DNA of 64,000 bases from Vicugna vicugna (lineage: Eukaryota), in NCBI GenBank assembly GCA_013265495.1, contig MU058687.1, positions 1,116,001-1,180,000 on the forward strand, given 5' to 3'. A program made the translations under genes and the position numbers. The notes beneath the pieces were generated by a model, which did no database searches, was not told the DNA's origin, and saw nothing but the letters and a program-made list of their open reading frames with translations. Numbering within the stretch: position 1 is the stretch's first letter; every line of letters starts with the position of its first letter. Below are positions 13,131 through 24,900 of this stretch, one piece after another.

Positions 13131-16100
13131 CATTTAGTAATAGCTAACATCTTTTCAGCACTCACTATGGGCCTGGCACCATCCTAATCATTTTAACATG
13201 GAGCATCTGATGTAGATATTATTTTTGTTGTTGTTTTTGTTTTTTTATTTGTTTTTTATTTTGTATTTCTTTTTATTTTTATTTATTGATATAAATCTTA
13301 AACCTATACTATGAGTTATTGTTATTAATCCTTACTTTACAGATGATGAAATTGAGGCAGAAAGAGGTTACAAAACTTGCTTGTTTACACAGTTAGGAAG
13401 TAAGAGCACTAGGAATCAAATCTTAGCACTTTGGCTCCAGAACCCAAGCTCTGGACCATTATGCTGATCATATTAAGCTCCAAACAGTGGTGTTACCCAG
13501 GAATGTGGGAAGGCAGGGACCTAGACTCTGGGGAGGGGTTTGGCAATGGTCAAATAAAACTCTACAATACCTGTTCTATGTTTTTAAAGGGCAAATTAAA
13601 CTGCTTTATTATCTGTGATAATAAATCAGTTTTTAAAACTTGTATGTTAAATATATATACATGAAATTATATAATTATTTTTCAGAATATAACGGTTAGT
13701 GCTACAAAGAAGTAGACAGTGCTCTGTAAGGCTCTAATGGTGGACTAGACCCAGTTTGACGGGGAGCGGTGTTTGGGAAACTTTCCTGAGAAAATGTCTT
13801 TGAGCTGAGTCATGGATGATGCGTGTGTATTAGTCAGCAAGGCTGAGGAGTTGGGTATCAGAATGGGGAAAGGTTTCCTGGCAGAGGAAACAGCATAAGC
13901 TAAGGCCCTGAGGGGGCACCACAAATTCCCAGAATTAAGAAAAGGCAAATGTGTTGGACCTTAGAGAAAGAAGGGGCACAGCCTGAGATGAGGTTGGAGA
14001 GGTGGGCAGGGATCTGACCTCATGGAGGCTTGTGGGCTCAGGAAAGGACTGTGAGTTTAATTCTCAGAAGAGCGTGTGCTGTTGAGTAAGAAGAAAACTG
14101 GACATTGATTGGCACCATGGAAATCCCTGGAGTCACTTTTGCAGGGCTGTGTCATGATAGTGAGCGGAAATGCCGAGAGAGACAAAGTGTAGACACCTTT
14201 CAAAACACGTGGGTCTGAAGCACAAGACTGGGACAGGGAGGCCCTTGGAGGGCTGAATGCACAGTTGAGGGATGTGTTTAACTTTTGCTGCTGTTGTTAT
14301 TCTTATGACGGGAAAGACTTTTACCCACAATAACACATCTACAAGGATGTTCATCATAGCATTGTTTATTACATCAACAACAAAAAAGATAACCTAAATA
14401 TCCAACAACTGATCAGTTCATCAAATTCCAGGATATCCAAGGGATGGAATGCAATTTAGTTCTCAAAAAATCATGCTATAGAAGAATATCTATTGTCATG
14501 GGTAAAGATCAACAATATATTAAGTTTTAAAAAGCAAGTTTTAAAATAACCAGTATATTACGATCTCATTTTGGTATCAGAAATTAAGTACATGTGGAAA
14601 GATGTCTCCTCCATCACCTCCTTTCTCCCTATCTTCATGCCCAGTGGTGGTGGGAGGAGAGGGTCTTTTGACATAATGCAACATGATAAAAATTATGCCA
14701 AGGAAAGTGATCCACTTTATTAAAACAGAGGTTTTTTGTCTTGTGGGTGTTCCATGTGGGTCCGGGATGGAGCTGGGATGCTGGGGGAGGGCAAAGGGAT
14801 AAAAGTAAGGAAGACACTTCTGGCCCCCGTAAAGACCAATCTTATACCAAAACTAAAAAAAAAAGAAAAAAAAGTATTGCTCAGTCTGAGTTTACTGCTT
14901 GCTTAGGCAAAGGAGAGCTGTACTTGCAAGGCAGTCTCTGAGCAACGCAGAGAGTTCATGTCATGTAGTCTGTGGGGAAGCATGGAGTTCGGGGATGGGT
15001 CAACCTTCAGAGTGTTGAGGAATGGTCGAGCTTTGGCTCTAGAAATACGGTCACTGGGGTGAGGCTCTTGCTGACTGTGGATTCTCAGAAGGGTGGGCTA
15101 TTACTGATTGAGTGCACGGTTCCAGGAGTGTGGTTCCTGAAACAAGAGGTCGTATAAGCCAGGTTTAGAACTGGTGCTAAGAATTACTTGTTATTTTAGC
15201 CACATAACCATTCGTCTTTTCCTACAAGGATGGGAATGTTATTTTCTCAGGGGAGAAGGGAGGTGGAAGGGCAGCCTATACAGACATCAAGATAAAGGGT
15301 CTCAGGGCAACAGCCTCTGTGTGGAAGCTAATCTTGGTGGGCTAGGACTGGTTTCTAAAGAATTCCAAAGACACCCAGAGTCTCCTAGATTTGGACTCAG
15401 GACTTGGTTGTGAGAAAAGCCCTACCCCCAGGTCTGGTGAGAAGCTGTATCTCCAGTTGATCCGGGGGGATAGCTCCTGGGTGACCCCACCCCAGGTCCT
15501 GCCTGGGTCCTCCCTCCCTCCTGAGTGGTGACCGCCATAACCGCACAAGGCTGGCCCTGGGTTCAGAAGCGAGTCGGAGCCGGCGAGGCCTCAGCTTCTG
15601 CCTCGCTGTGGGGCAGCCTCCACCAGCTGTCAGCTCCCTGACCCTCCAGAGACCCTGGGGCTGAAATTCCTTGGGCGGGTTTCTCACCCTCTCAGTGCTT
15701 CCTTCCAGCTTGTCTGGCAAATGAGAAGACTTCACAGGCTTCAGAAGATGACTGTGGCAGAGACAGCTTTGAAAGGGATAAAGAGCTCAAGGAGGGGAGG
15801 ATATCACCGTTACAGTCTAAACCTCAGACCCCCACTGGGGGCGTCAGGCGGTCACATGTCTGTAAACAACCAGCACTGCTGGCCTGGGCTGTGTGAGCGG
15901 AGGCTCCCGTTACAGAGTGGCCCACATGGTGACTCATGGGTGGCCCAGGCTGACTGCTGGGTGGGTGGGACAGGGGCCTTAGAGAAGAAAGAAGGGAAGA
16001 CTTAGGGGATGGGGGTTGCGGGGTGTCTCTCCTCCTCTGAGCCCAGTGAGGACAGGACTGATTCTCTAGAGGGCCTCAGTGAGAGGTCAGTATAGAGGCC

Positions 16101-18224
16101 TTGTCCCTGTCACCCAGGTAACACCCTGTCACTGAGAGAAATGGGGGTGTGCCCAACTCTGTGAGGAAGCGCTCCCCCTCGTCCCTGCCTGGCTGGCCTC
16201 CCTGGTGTTTCCATAGTAACGAAGTTACTTCAGGGACTAGAAACGCACCATCTTTTTGGCCTGGAGCCCCGTGGCCTGTGAGGTGGGGCCCACAGATGAT
16301 TAGCAGGGGCCAGGCTCCCATCTGCCTCAGACATAGCCAATGTCGGGGGAGGGGGAACGCTCCAGGCTTCCCCCAGGAAAGGGAAGGGTCAGCCTTCTCC
16401 AGGAAAACAGCTGCTGGGCTCTGGTGCTGACAGAGCCATCTTTCCACACCAAGGCTGGGTCCTGTCACCGCCCTGTCTGGAGCCTGGGTTTCCCACCAGA
16501 GTTTGTGGAGGGGCCTGTTCTGTTGACCCACCTCACAGATGTCTGGCCTGTTTCTCAGGTTTGGGGCAGACACAGTCCTCCTCCCCTCTGGCTCTCCTCT
16601 GCTCTCCATCCTGAGAAGAGATGATGTGGTGAGGGGTAGAAAGCACAGGTTTTGGATTCAAATCTGGATTTAGATCCATCTCAGTCACTTACTGATAAGC
16701 TGTGAAATTCTGGCCCACCTGACTACCATGACTTTGAACACTCCTGGCCCTCAGCTTCTTCATTTGTAAAATGAGGAGGCGGAAATGGGTTCTTTGCACA
16801 TTTTCTTTCAGCCTTGAATTCCAAGATCATGTCACCCTCCTGCTTAAAAAATTTCAGTGCCTCCCGCTGCTTTGCAAAGCCCTAACTCCCTGGATGGCGT
16901 CCAGGGCCCAGCCCAGCTTCCAGCCTTGTCCATCACGCCTCTGCTTCACATACCTTAAGCATCAGCCAAACTGAAGCACTTGAAAATCCCTGGGTTTTCC
17001 ACCTCTGGGTCTCTGTTAACGGGTTGCCCCTACAACGCCTTCCTCAGCCAGCTCCTCACACTCCAATCTGCCTAGCCCTCAATGTCACTGACTCTGCAAA
17101 GCTGACCCTGATTTCCCCCACGTGTCAATCATCTCAGGTGGCCCAGATTGCTTTAGTAGCAATTCACCTGTATTTCCGTAAGCTCAGTGGGCTTCTTTCC
17201 TTCTATTATGATCACCTGTGCGTATCTGACCCCTTTGACTAACTTTAGGATCAGGGACAATGTCAGCTATCTCCATGCAACCCTGGCTAATCCGGGTGTT
17301 CCACTGGGCTCGGTCTCTGCCTGAGAACAACAGGGCCTTCAACACAAGGGAAATGTAGCAACATTCCCCAAACCCTTCACTTCCCATGATGTCTTATCAT
17401 CAGAAGCTCCGAACAAAACACAAGGCTCTCTCGCTAGCTCTCGCCCTGAGGTCTTTCATTTTCCTCTCCCATCATGTCTCCTTTCTCTTACTTCTGTAGG
17501 TAGACATCGAGCCTGTCCAGCTAAGACCTCTCTCCTTGTGCTTATTTCTTCCAGAACGGGATCTTCTTTAGTAAGTGGGGAGACTTGCATGTACTAATAT
17601 ATCATGTCCCTTCACACATGTATCTACTACAAAATGCCTGGTCCTAGACTCAAGAAATGTTCATAAATGAGTGATCAGGGAGCCCATGTGCATAATTAAG
17701 ACCAAACTACGTACTTCTCTCCATCTCCAGTACTTCTTCCTAAACAAGCCACCATAATTGGTTGCCTGGTTTTGCTGTCCCTTCTAAGTGGAATTTGTAC
17801 CTCTGGTCCTGCACTCCTAGGGTCCATTCGCCACACAGACCGCAGAATGATCTTTCAAATGTCACTTCATTCCCCTGCTTGAAACCATCCAATAGTTTCC
17901 CTCCACATTATAAAAAAATGCATACTCCTTACCCTGCAAAGCGCTTCCATGATCTGCCTGCCTCAAACTCACATCTCCTGGCCCTTCCTCCCTTGCCCGG
18001 CACACTCCACCCACACAGGGATTCCTTCTAGGCCTTTGCATCAACTGAGTTTTCTGTTTGGAAGGCTATTGTCTGTTTTGGAGTGATCATCACATGACCA
18101 GCTCCTTCTTGTCCTTCGAACTTCACCATAAATATCACCTCCTTAGAGAGGCCTTCCCTGACCTCCTGGTCTAGACAACCTTCCCCAAACATTGTCTCAT
18201 CACCTTTTCTTACTTTCCCTTCAG

Positions 18225-18650
18225 CCCCTATTGCTGCATAACAAACAGACCCCAAACACATTGTTATTATATCTCCTATTTCTACAGGTTAGGAAATCAA
18301 ACCAGGCACAGTGGGTACAGCTCATCTCTCTTTTCTCTGTGGGGTCTGGGGCTTCAGCTGAGATGACTGTAATGCCTGGGAGCTGGAGCAACTGGGGCTG
18401 GCTGAGCCCCTCTCTCTCTCTCTCTCTCTCCCTCCTTCCTCCCCACACAACTATAAGCTTGGGCTTCCTTCCAACATGGTGACCTCACAATAGTTGAACT
18501 TCTTACATGGCAGCTCAGGGTTCCAAGAGACCAAGGCAGAAGTTGCCAGTCCTCTTTAAAGGATTTGGAACCATTATAGGGTCCCTTCTGCCATATTCTA
18601 TTGATAAAAGCAGACCCTGGTCAACTCAGATTCAAAGGGGAGGCCATCTC
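18225..18650. mobile_element. MaLR (MLT1-like) LTR
   Basis: CTATTGCTGCATAACAAAC...GGGCTTCCTTCCAACATGGTG...CTTCTTACATGGCAGCTCAGGG...TTCTGCCATATTCTATTG. Confidence 0.6.
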
Positions 18651-21149
18651 TAATATTCCAGAACCATATTCTGGCCATAAGACATTTTCTCATTAATTTC
18701 TTTGTTTACATGTATAAATTGCTTATTGAGCAAACAGTGGGAGAACAAACAAACCAGTTTCTTTCTCTCATCATTGTTTCTAGTTGAACCGTGTGGACTC
18801 TCCTTTTCCTGTTTCTTAATAGCATTTTGGGCAGATCTTCTGATGTTCTTGTCACTTTAATTTATTAAAGATCCAGCCCCATCTAGGCTGATCTACACAA
18901 TTTAAGACTAACCACTTTCTCTCCCCCTAGGCAGGGCCTGGATTTGGCTCAAGGGAGCAGGAAGAGGCATGGTCTGCCCTTGTACTCCTCTCCAGAGTCC
19001 CTTTTTCTATTTTCTCAGGGTCAGGAAGGAGAAATGAGGGGAATGTCTCTCTCAGCTGTGCCCATTTCTTCTCTGGCTGTAAATGTGCCTGATATGACAG
19101 GCATCCAGATGCCAACTCTCATGTGGGTGTACCACAGGGTCACCCCGCAGCACTGTTCCCTGATGTGTTCCCCTTCCAGACCTATACCTGACACCCGCCC
19201 TCTATTGCCCTGACCCTGACCCTGCACCCACAGCCTGTAGCCTGTGTGGTCTCCTCACCTGCATGTCTCCCTCTTGGGAGAACACGGGCAAGGCAGCTCA
19301 CTGCCAGCCACCTTCCCCCATGTCCCCCTGACCCATAGGAAATTCCTGCGGATGCCCCGAGGTGTCCGCTGTCTCTGTCCTCTGTCACTATTCTGTTCTC
19401 CCCTACCCCAGTTCCCAGCCAGGTAGCACATGGGCTAGTCTGAATGGCAAATCCATCTCCAGGGAGAGAAGGAGAAGGGGTCAGCAACCCAGGTCTCCGG
19501 GGACCTCACCTTCCTCTCTTTCCCTTCCCCCTCCCTCGTCGTCTGTTTATGGAGACAGAGGCAGGGGTTTCTGGGTGATGTTTGGGCCTAGCAGAATTAC
19601 TCTGGCCATCTCTTAATCCTGTAGGCAGATGTGTCCAGCCCTAAATTGTTTCTTCTTTGTTTTAGAGCATGGAAGACTCAAGACTGCTTTTTCCTAAGCT
19701 CTGGTCCAGTCCCCAATTCGGAAAACAATAAAGTCCACCCAACATCCTGTAACACCTGATTTTGGTCTGTCTTTCCACTCAAATACAAGATCCGTGAAAG
19801 CAGATCCTGTGTGTTTTATTCCCCGCTAGGTCCTTGGCGCCTCAGACAGCATCAGGTACACAGGTGGGGCTCCACAAATACAGAAAGAGCAAATGAAACA
19901 GGGCTTCTAGGACCTAAACCATTTGAAAGGACGGCCAGTGTGGCAGAGGGACAGTGAGTTCCTTTTTCACGCGCTCCTGCTGTGCGGCTCCTGGCCACGG
20001 ATGTAGATTTTTGTTTCTGGCCTCTGGATGCTCCCCTGGTCTCTGTTAGTTCTCTCCAGGGGTGGCTGGTCTGGGCGGGGAGGTGGACCTCCAAGTGGGT
20101 GACTTTTGAAGCCAAGCCTGCAAGGGCTGGGCAGGGGTCCCTGGGGCCCTGTCAGAGCCTGACCAAAGGGGAGGGGTGCTCATCCCACCTCTCAGTCCAT
20201 CAGAGGCAACAGCTCAGAATGGGTGCCGCCCCAGAGTGGAGAAGCAGGAAACAAAGCGAGTTTCTTCTGCAAAGCCTGTCCCCCAGGGCTGGCCCACACC
20301 CACTGTGATCACCAGCCAGAAGCACATTCTGACCAGAGTGTCCTCCAGGGGGCCCAGGCCTCGGTGAACTGACCACCAAGGGCAGCTGCCTCAGCAGGAC
20401 CACCCCACCCCATCCACCCCACTGGACCGTCCATGGCTCCCCTCCAAAGCCTGAGGTGGCCTCTGCCCCCTGGGCCCTATGGCTTTGTCCTGAGCAGCCT
20501 CCAAGGAGAAAGAATGGGGATTCCCCTTCTCCCGCAACACAACAGAAAAACAAACACACCTTGCAGGTCAGAGGCACAAGGGAGTCTTACAGTAAGTGGT
20601 TTGGATTGAAAAAAGAAAACAAAAAGCATTTTTTTCTCATTTCATGTCAAGGCGCTCAGGAGGAAGACAGAGGAAGATGGAAGATGGGAGACAGAATGAG
20701 GACAAAATCAGGCAGCATCTGCCAGTCCTTGCACTCAGCAGCCGGAGTGAGCCGGACATGGTGTGGTTCAGTACCCTGGGGCCAGGGTCTGTGGAACCTA
20801 GGAGTCCCCATTCAGGCTGGGTTTAGAGGGCTGGGCATCGGGCTGGGTGTTGGGTAGCCCTGTGGGGAGGGGAAGGGGACGGTGCTTTTGAATTTGAGGG
20901 TAGCCAGTGGTGGCTGGGGTCAGAGCCCCCAAGTGTGGGGCCAAGACTCCATCTCAGGAACCCCTTCTTATGGGAAAAGTGGACCTCAGGGTTTTGCCTA
21001 AAGCAACCGGGAAGTAGACACCCCAGGGAGCTGCAGGAATAGGCTGGAGCTACCCCCCGGGCAGCCCGGGAGCCCACAGCCCCTTTGTTCTGTCCTGCTT
21101 CCATTTCCTGCAGTTGCCCACTGCTCCGGCAGACACACTCCGCTGGACA

Positions 21150-21902
21150 GCTGTATTCAGACTACAATACTTTATTCAAGAGAATCTGACTTGGCAGTCA
21201 GACAGCCACGTGGGGGCAGTTTGCTCCATGTCCAGCCTGGGGCCCACCCTTGCCTTGTCCCTGAGAGGGGCAGGATGGTGATGCCTTGGCTACAAAGAAC
21301 AATGTCCCAGCACAAGCAGTGGCAAGATGTGAGGTGAGACCTAGGGGACAAGGAGTGGCAAAGGCCCCCAGGCAACCACTGTTCTCCAGAGCCGAACGTT
21401 CTGATCTCCAGGGTGCAGAGCTGCCACCAGGAAGAGGCTGTAAGAACTGCTGCTTGCCCTCCCTCCCATCAGGGTCCTTGGCGGCCAGAGCAGGCTCCTC
21501 CACACCACCCTGGCCAGCAGCTCCCCGAGCAAGGGCTGCCTGTCTGTGAAGAGCCCAAGGCCCAGGGACAGGCTGTGGGTCTCTATGTCCTTTCCTCTCC
21601 AGCCCCCTGGACACCTCCGGGGCCCCGGGGGCCTGGCCCGCCCCTCACAAAGCCACATGGCTGGCTTCTTCCCAAGCTGAAGCACACCTGGGTCTGTCTT
21701 CTTTCTTTCTCTCACGTTCTGTTTAAGGCACTGAATTCCTGAGGGTCCTTTCCCTCCTGCTCCTCATCTTGGAGGGGGTGAGTCATTCAGCAGGGATACA
21801 ATTGGCTAATAAATAGAGGCAGGTGCCAGCAGGGAGGTAACTGAGAGTGTGACGGTAATAAATACACGAGGCGGGTGTGGGGTCTCTCCTCCGAGGGGCT
21901 GG
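21150..21902 (-). other. PGF: PGF 3' UTR (3' end approximate)
   Basis: Runs from the stop codon to the AATAAA at 21171-21176; contains two UAUUUAUUA elements. Confidence 0.8.
21171..21176 (-). terminator. PGF polyadenylation signal AATAAA
   Basis: tttatt on + strand, ~730 nt past the stop; followed on the minus strand by GT-rich sequence (GAGTGTGTCTG). Confidence 0.8.
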
Positions 21903-21930
21903 TTACCTCCGGGGAACAGTATTGCCACAC
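21903..21930 (-). CDS. PGF: PGF last coding exon ([12 protein letters not shown])
   Basis: Acceptor ggcag|GTGTGGCAATACTGTTCCCCGGAGGTAA; TAA at 21903-21905. Confidence 0.95.
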
Positions 21931-24900
21931 CTGCCAGAGACCAAACACAGAAAGCGGGTATTAGCACAGGGTGGAGGGTGGGGTCCCTCCTATGGGAGGG
22001 GGGACAAACCCAGAGGGGAAGCTTGGACAGGGAGCGCAGGGAGACTGCAGCGCTCCTGGCTGTCTGCTTGCACCAGGCCAAGAAGAAGCTAGAAGTCGCC
22101 CTTCACGGAGCAATTGCCCAGGTGCCCAGCCCTGTGCTAAGCACTCTCTCGTTTGCCCTTAACAGTAGCCCAAGAGGAAGGCACTGCCACTATCAACCTT
22201 TTGCAGATGAGGACACGGAGGGTCAGAGAGGTTAAGAAACTTGCCCAAGGTCACACAGCTAGTCAGTGACAGAGCCAGCTTTGAACCCAGTCTGGTTCCA
22301 TGCACCAATGCCTCTGGTTACACTGGGACAGCTGTCTTCAAACGAGGATACGGGCACTCCTAGGTGGACAGGAAGATTGTCCAAGGTGTATGTGAGTATT
22401 GATAGTTTTAAAGGAATCTGTTTTCAGCCTCCACGGGTTCTCGGCCTGAAAATTGTCTGCATGAGAGGTTTGTTTCCTACCATCTCATTTCCAATTGCCC
22501 TTCTCCCTTAGAAAGGGAGGAATTATCACGTTCATTCCAAATTCTGTAACAGTACTTTGACCCAAGGTAAAAAGGATTCCAGGGGACACTGCATAAAAGA
22601 ACAATTTGAGATATGGGTATAGGTGTTGAGAAAAGAAATATGGTGAGTGGGTAAATGAGCCTTTTGCAGGCTGGGTGGTTTCCAAGTCTGCTTTCTACAA
22701 AGTTGAAGAATAAGGTAACCAAATTGTCAGTTAATATGTCATGAGAAGTAATTTTTGTAGCAGATCACCTTGAAGTTTTTGTCAAATAACTTGGAAGGAA
22801 TTCGAGTGACTGAGTGGAATGAATGCTGAATCCTGCCTCAGTCTGGCAGGAGGTAACATTCATTACTGAATTCATTAACTAATTGAAATGAAGCAGCTAT
22901 AGTGATTTCACTGAGATGCATTCCTAATTAAGATTGACTGTGCTTTTGTGTTTAGCATTTAGTAAAATACGATGTATTTGTGCTGTTTTGATCAATTGGT
23001 ACCACTAGCAATTATTGTGATAATTCATTCCAAGAGAAAATTTAATTTCAAGTTTTTTGCTCAGAGGAAATTTAAAATAATTCAAACTTATATACCATTG
23101 TTGTGACAGATAACTATGACAAGGTGATACAAAAAAGACTTGAATATTTTAAAAAATTATATTATGCTGAAGTTCGGTGGGGAAAGTGAAATACAAGTTC
23201 AAGGAAAGAAGAAGCAATGGAAATATTAAAGGAGAGCATTCATGTATTTTTCTTGTTGCAGTTGTTCATTCTTTTAAAGGTGGATGAAAGTGAGTATTAA
23301 ATTAGGATGGCTTATTCCACAGGATACATCTGAAGAGTTAAATAATGGCTTTATATTAAATATGATAAAATGTAAATATATAATAAAATAAAATAAAATA
23401 TTACATTAAAATATAATATTCATAATAGGTCAGAAATTATATCCTTTGCAACTATTTACAATTTTGATTAAAATTTCATTGTCAACTTCAAAATGATCAA
23501 AGAAGCACATGGGCTTCTAAAGTCCTTTCAAGAGATTCCCGAATGAAACGTTTGAAGACTGCTGTCCTAGCAAGTTAAAGCGACAGGCTGCTTTCTATTT
23601 GGGGCTGCCCAGCAGGGGAGCCCTGCATTGACTACACTTCCAGCTCCTCCCCAAGTCACTGATTTGGTCCAGGGGAGAAATGAGGGCCACATGCCTACGG
23701 GGGACCAACTTCCCCAGAATCTCTATCTGCACGGAGCAGAGTGGAAGTCCCTGTCAGTGCAAGGACGGGCTCATGTGGTAGGACTTGGATCAGCTCCAGT
23801 CCCATGGCATAAAATGATTTCTTGAGTCTTGTTGCTGGGAGGAGATGGCCCCTGAAGGAGAACCGCGGGGAGACTGAGTTACCGGGCCTGTGAAATATTT
23901 TCTTTCTACTCTCACAGTGTGGATTTTCCCTTCTCTAATCCTTCTCTCCCAGCCACTCAGGCCTGGACTTCTGCCTAGGCCTCCAGATGTGAAGCATCTG
24001 GATGGGCAGGTAACATGGGGAGGGAAAGGGAAGCGAGTGGACCCTGGGCTTCTACCCCAAGGTGGAAGAAATACTGGTCTGGAAGCCCATGGCAGGACTG
24101 CACCTTTCCCAGGGCCACCAGGAAGCAGCCCAGCCTAAGCCTGCAGCTGTTGGACTTTTTATCACTGGAATGAAAGCACTGTGAGAGTAGGAATCTCATT
24201 GGTTTGCCCACTGACATACCTGGCAGACATAAGTGTGAATGTTTGTAGAATGAGTGAATGCCTGGCGAACCCCCTGACACCTCATTCTACGCACAGAGGA
24301 AAACTAGGTTCAGAGAGGTGACGTGACTTGCTCAAGGCCACACAGAGACTTAGAGCTAAGCCAGGACAAGAACCAAAGCTTTCTGGTTCTTGTCCTGGTT
24401 CACCTGAGGCTTGCTAGACCCTGGGATCTCTAGGTGTGCAGCTCCCTGTTCTGGCCCCTGACACTGCCCCAGCCTCGCTTTGCCCCTTCCTGTCCACTCA
24501 CCCCTGCTGGCAGGGCGGGGGCTCCCCTCTGGCCCAGCCTCCTTGCCATCCCTGGGCCCCACCCCCGCGCACTCACAGGTGGCAGTCTGTGTGTCTCTGC
24601 TTCTCTCTCTTCCTCTTCCCCCTGCCCTTGGGTCTCCTCCTGCAATAAGCCAAAGCGTCAGGACAAAGTAGCTGGGGGCCCCCATGCTAGGACAAGGGCT
24701 GTCAGGCCCAAGAACAACCCGGTGCCCCAGCCAGGCCACTTACCTTTCTGGCTTCATCTTCCCCCACAGAGGCCTAAGAAAACAAAGAGAGGGGAGGAGA
24801 GAATGAGGAAAGCAGTAATTGGGGGCTCCCTGCTTCCTGGCCATTTCTCCGCGGACATCGCTAGTGCTGGTCCTGTACTTGGCACTGAAGCCACTAGGGG

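Noticed and set aside
14700..15250. Possible LTR or processed-transcript remnant (A-tract, tttatt)
   Set aside because: No clear termini, TSD or family could be recognised by eye.
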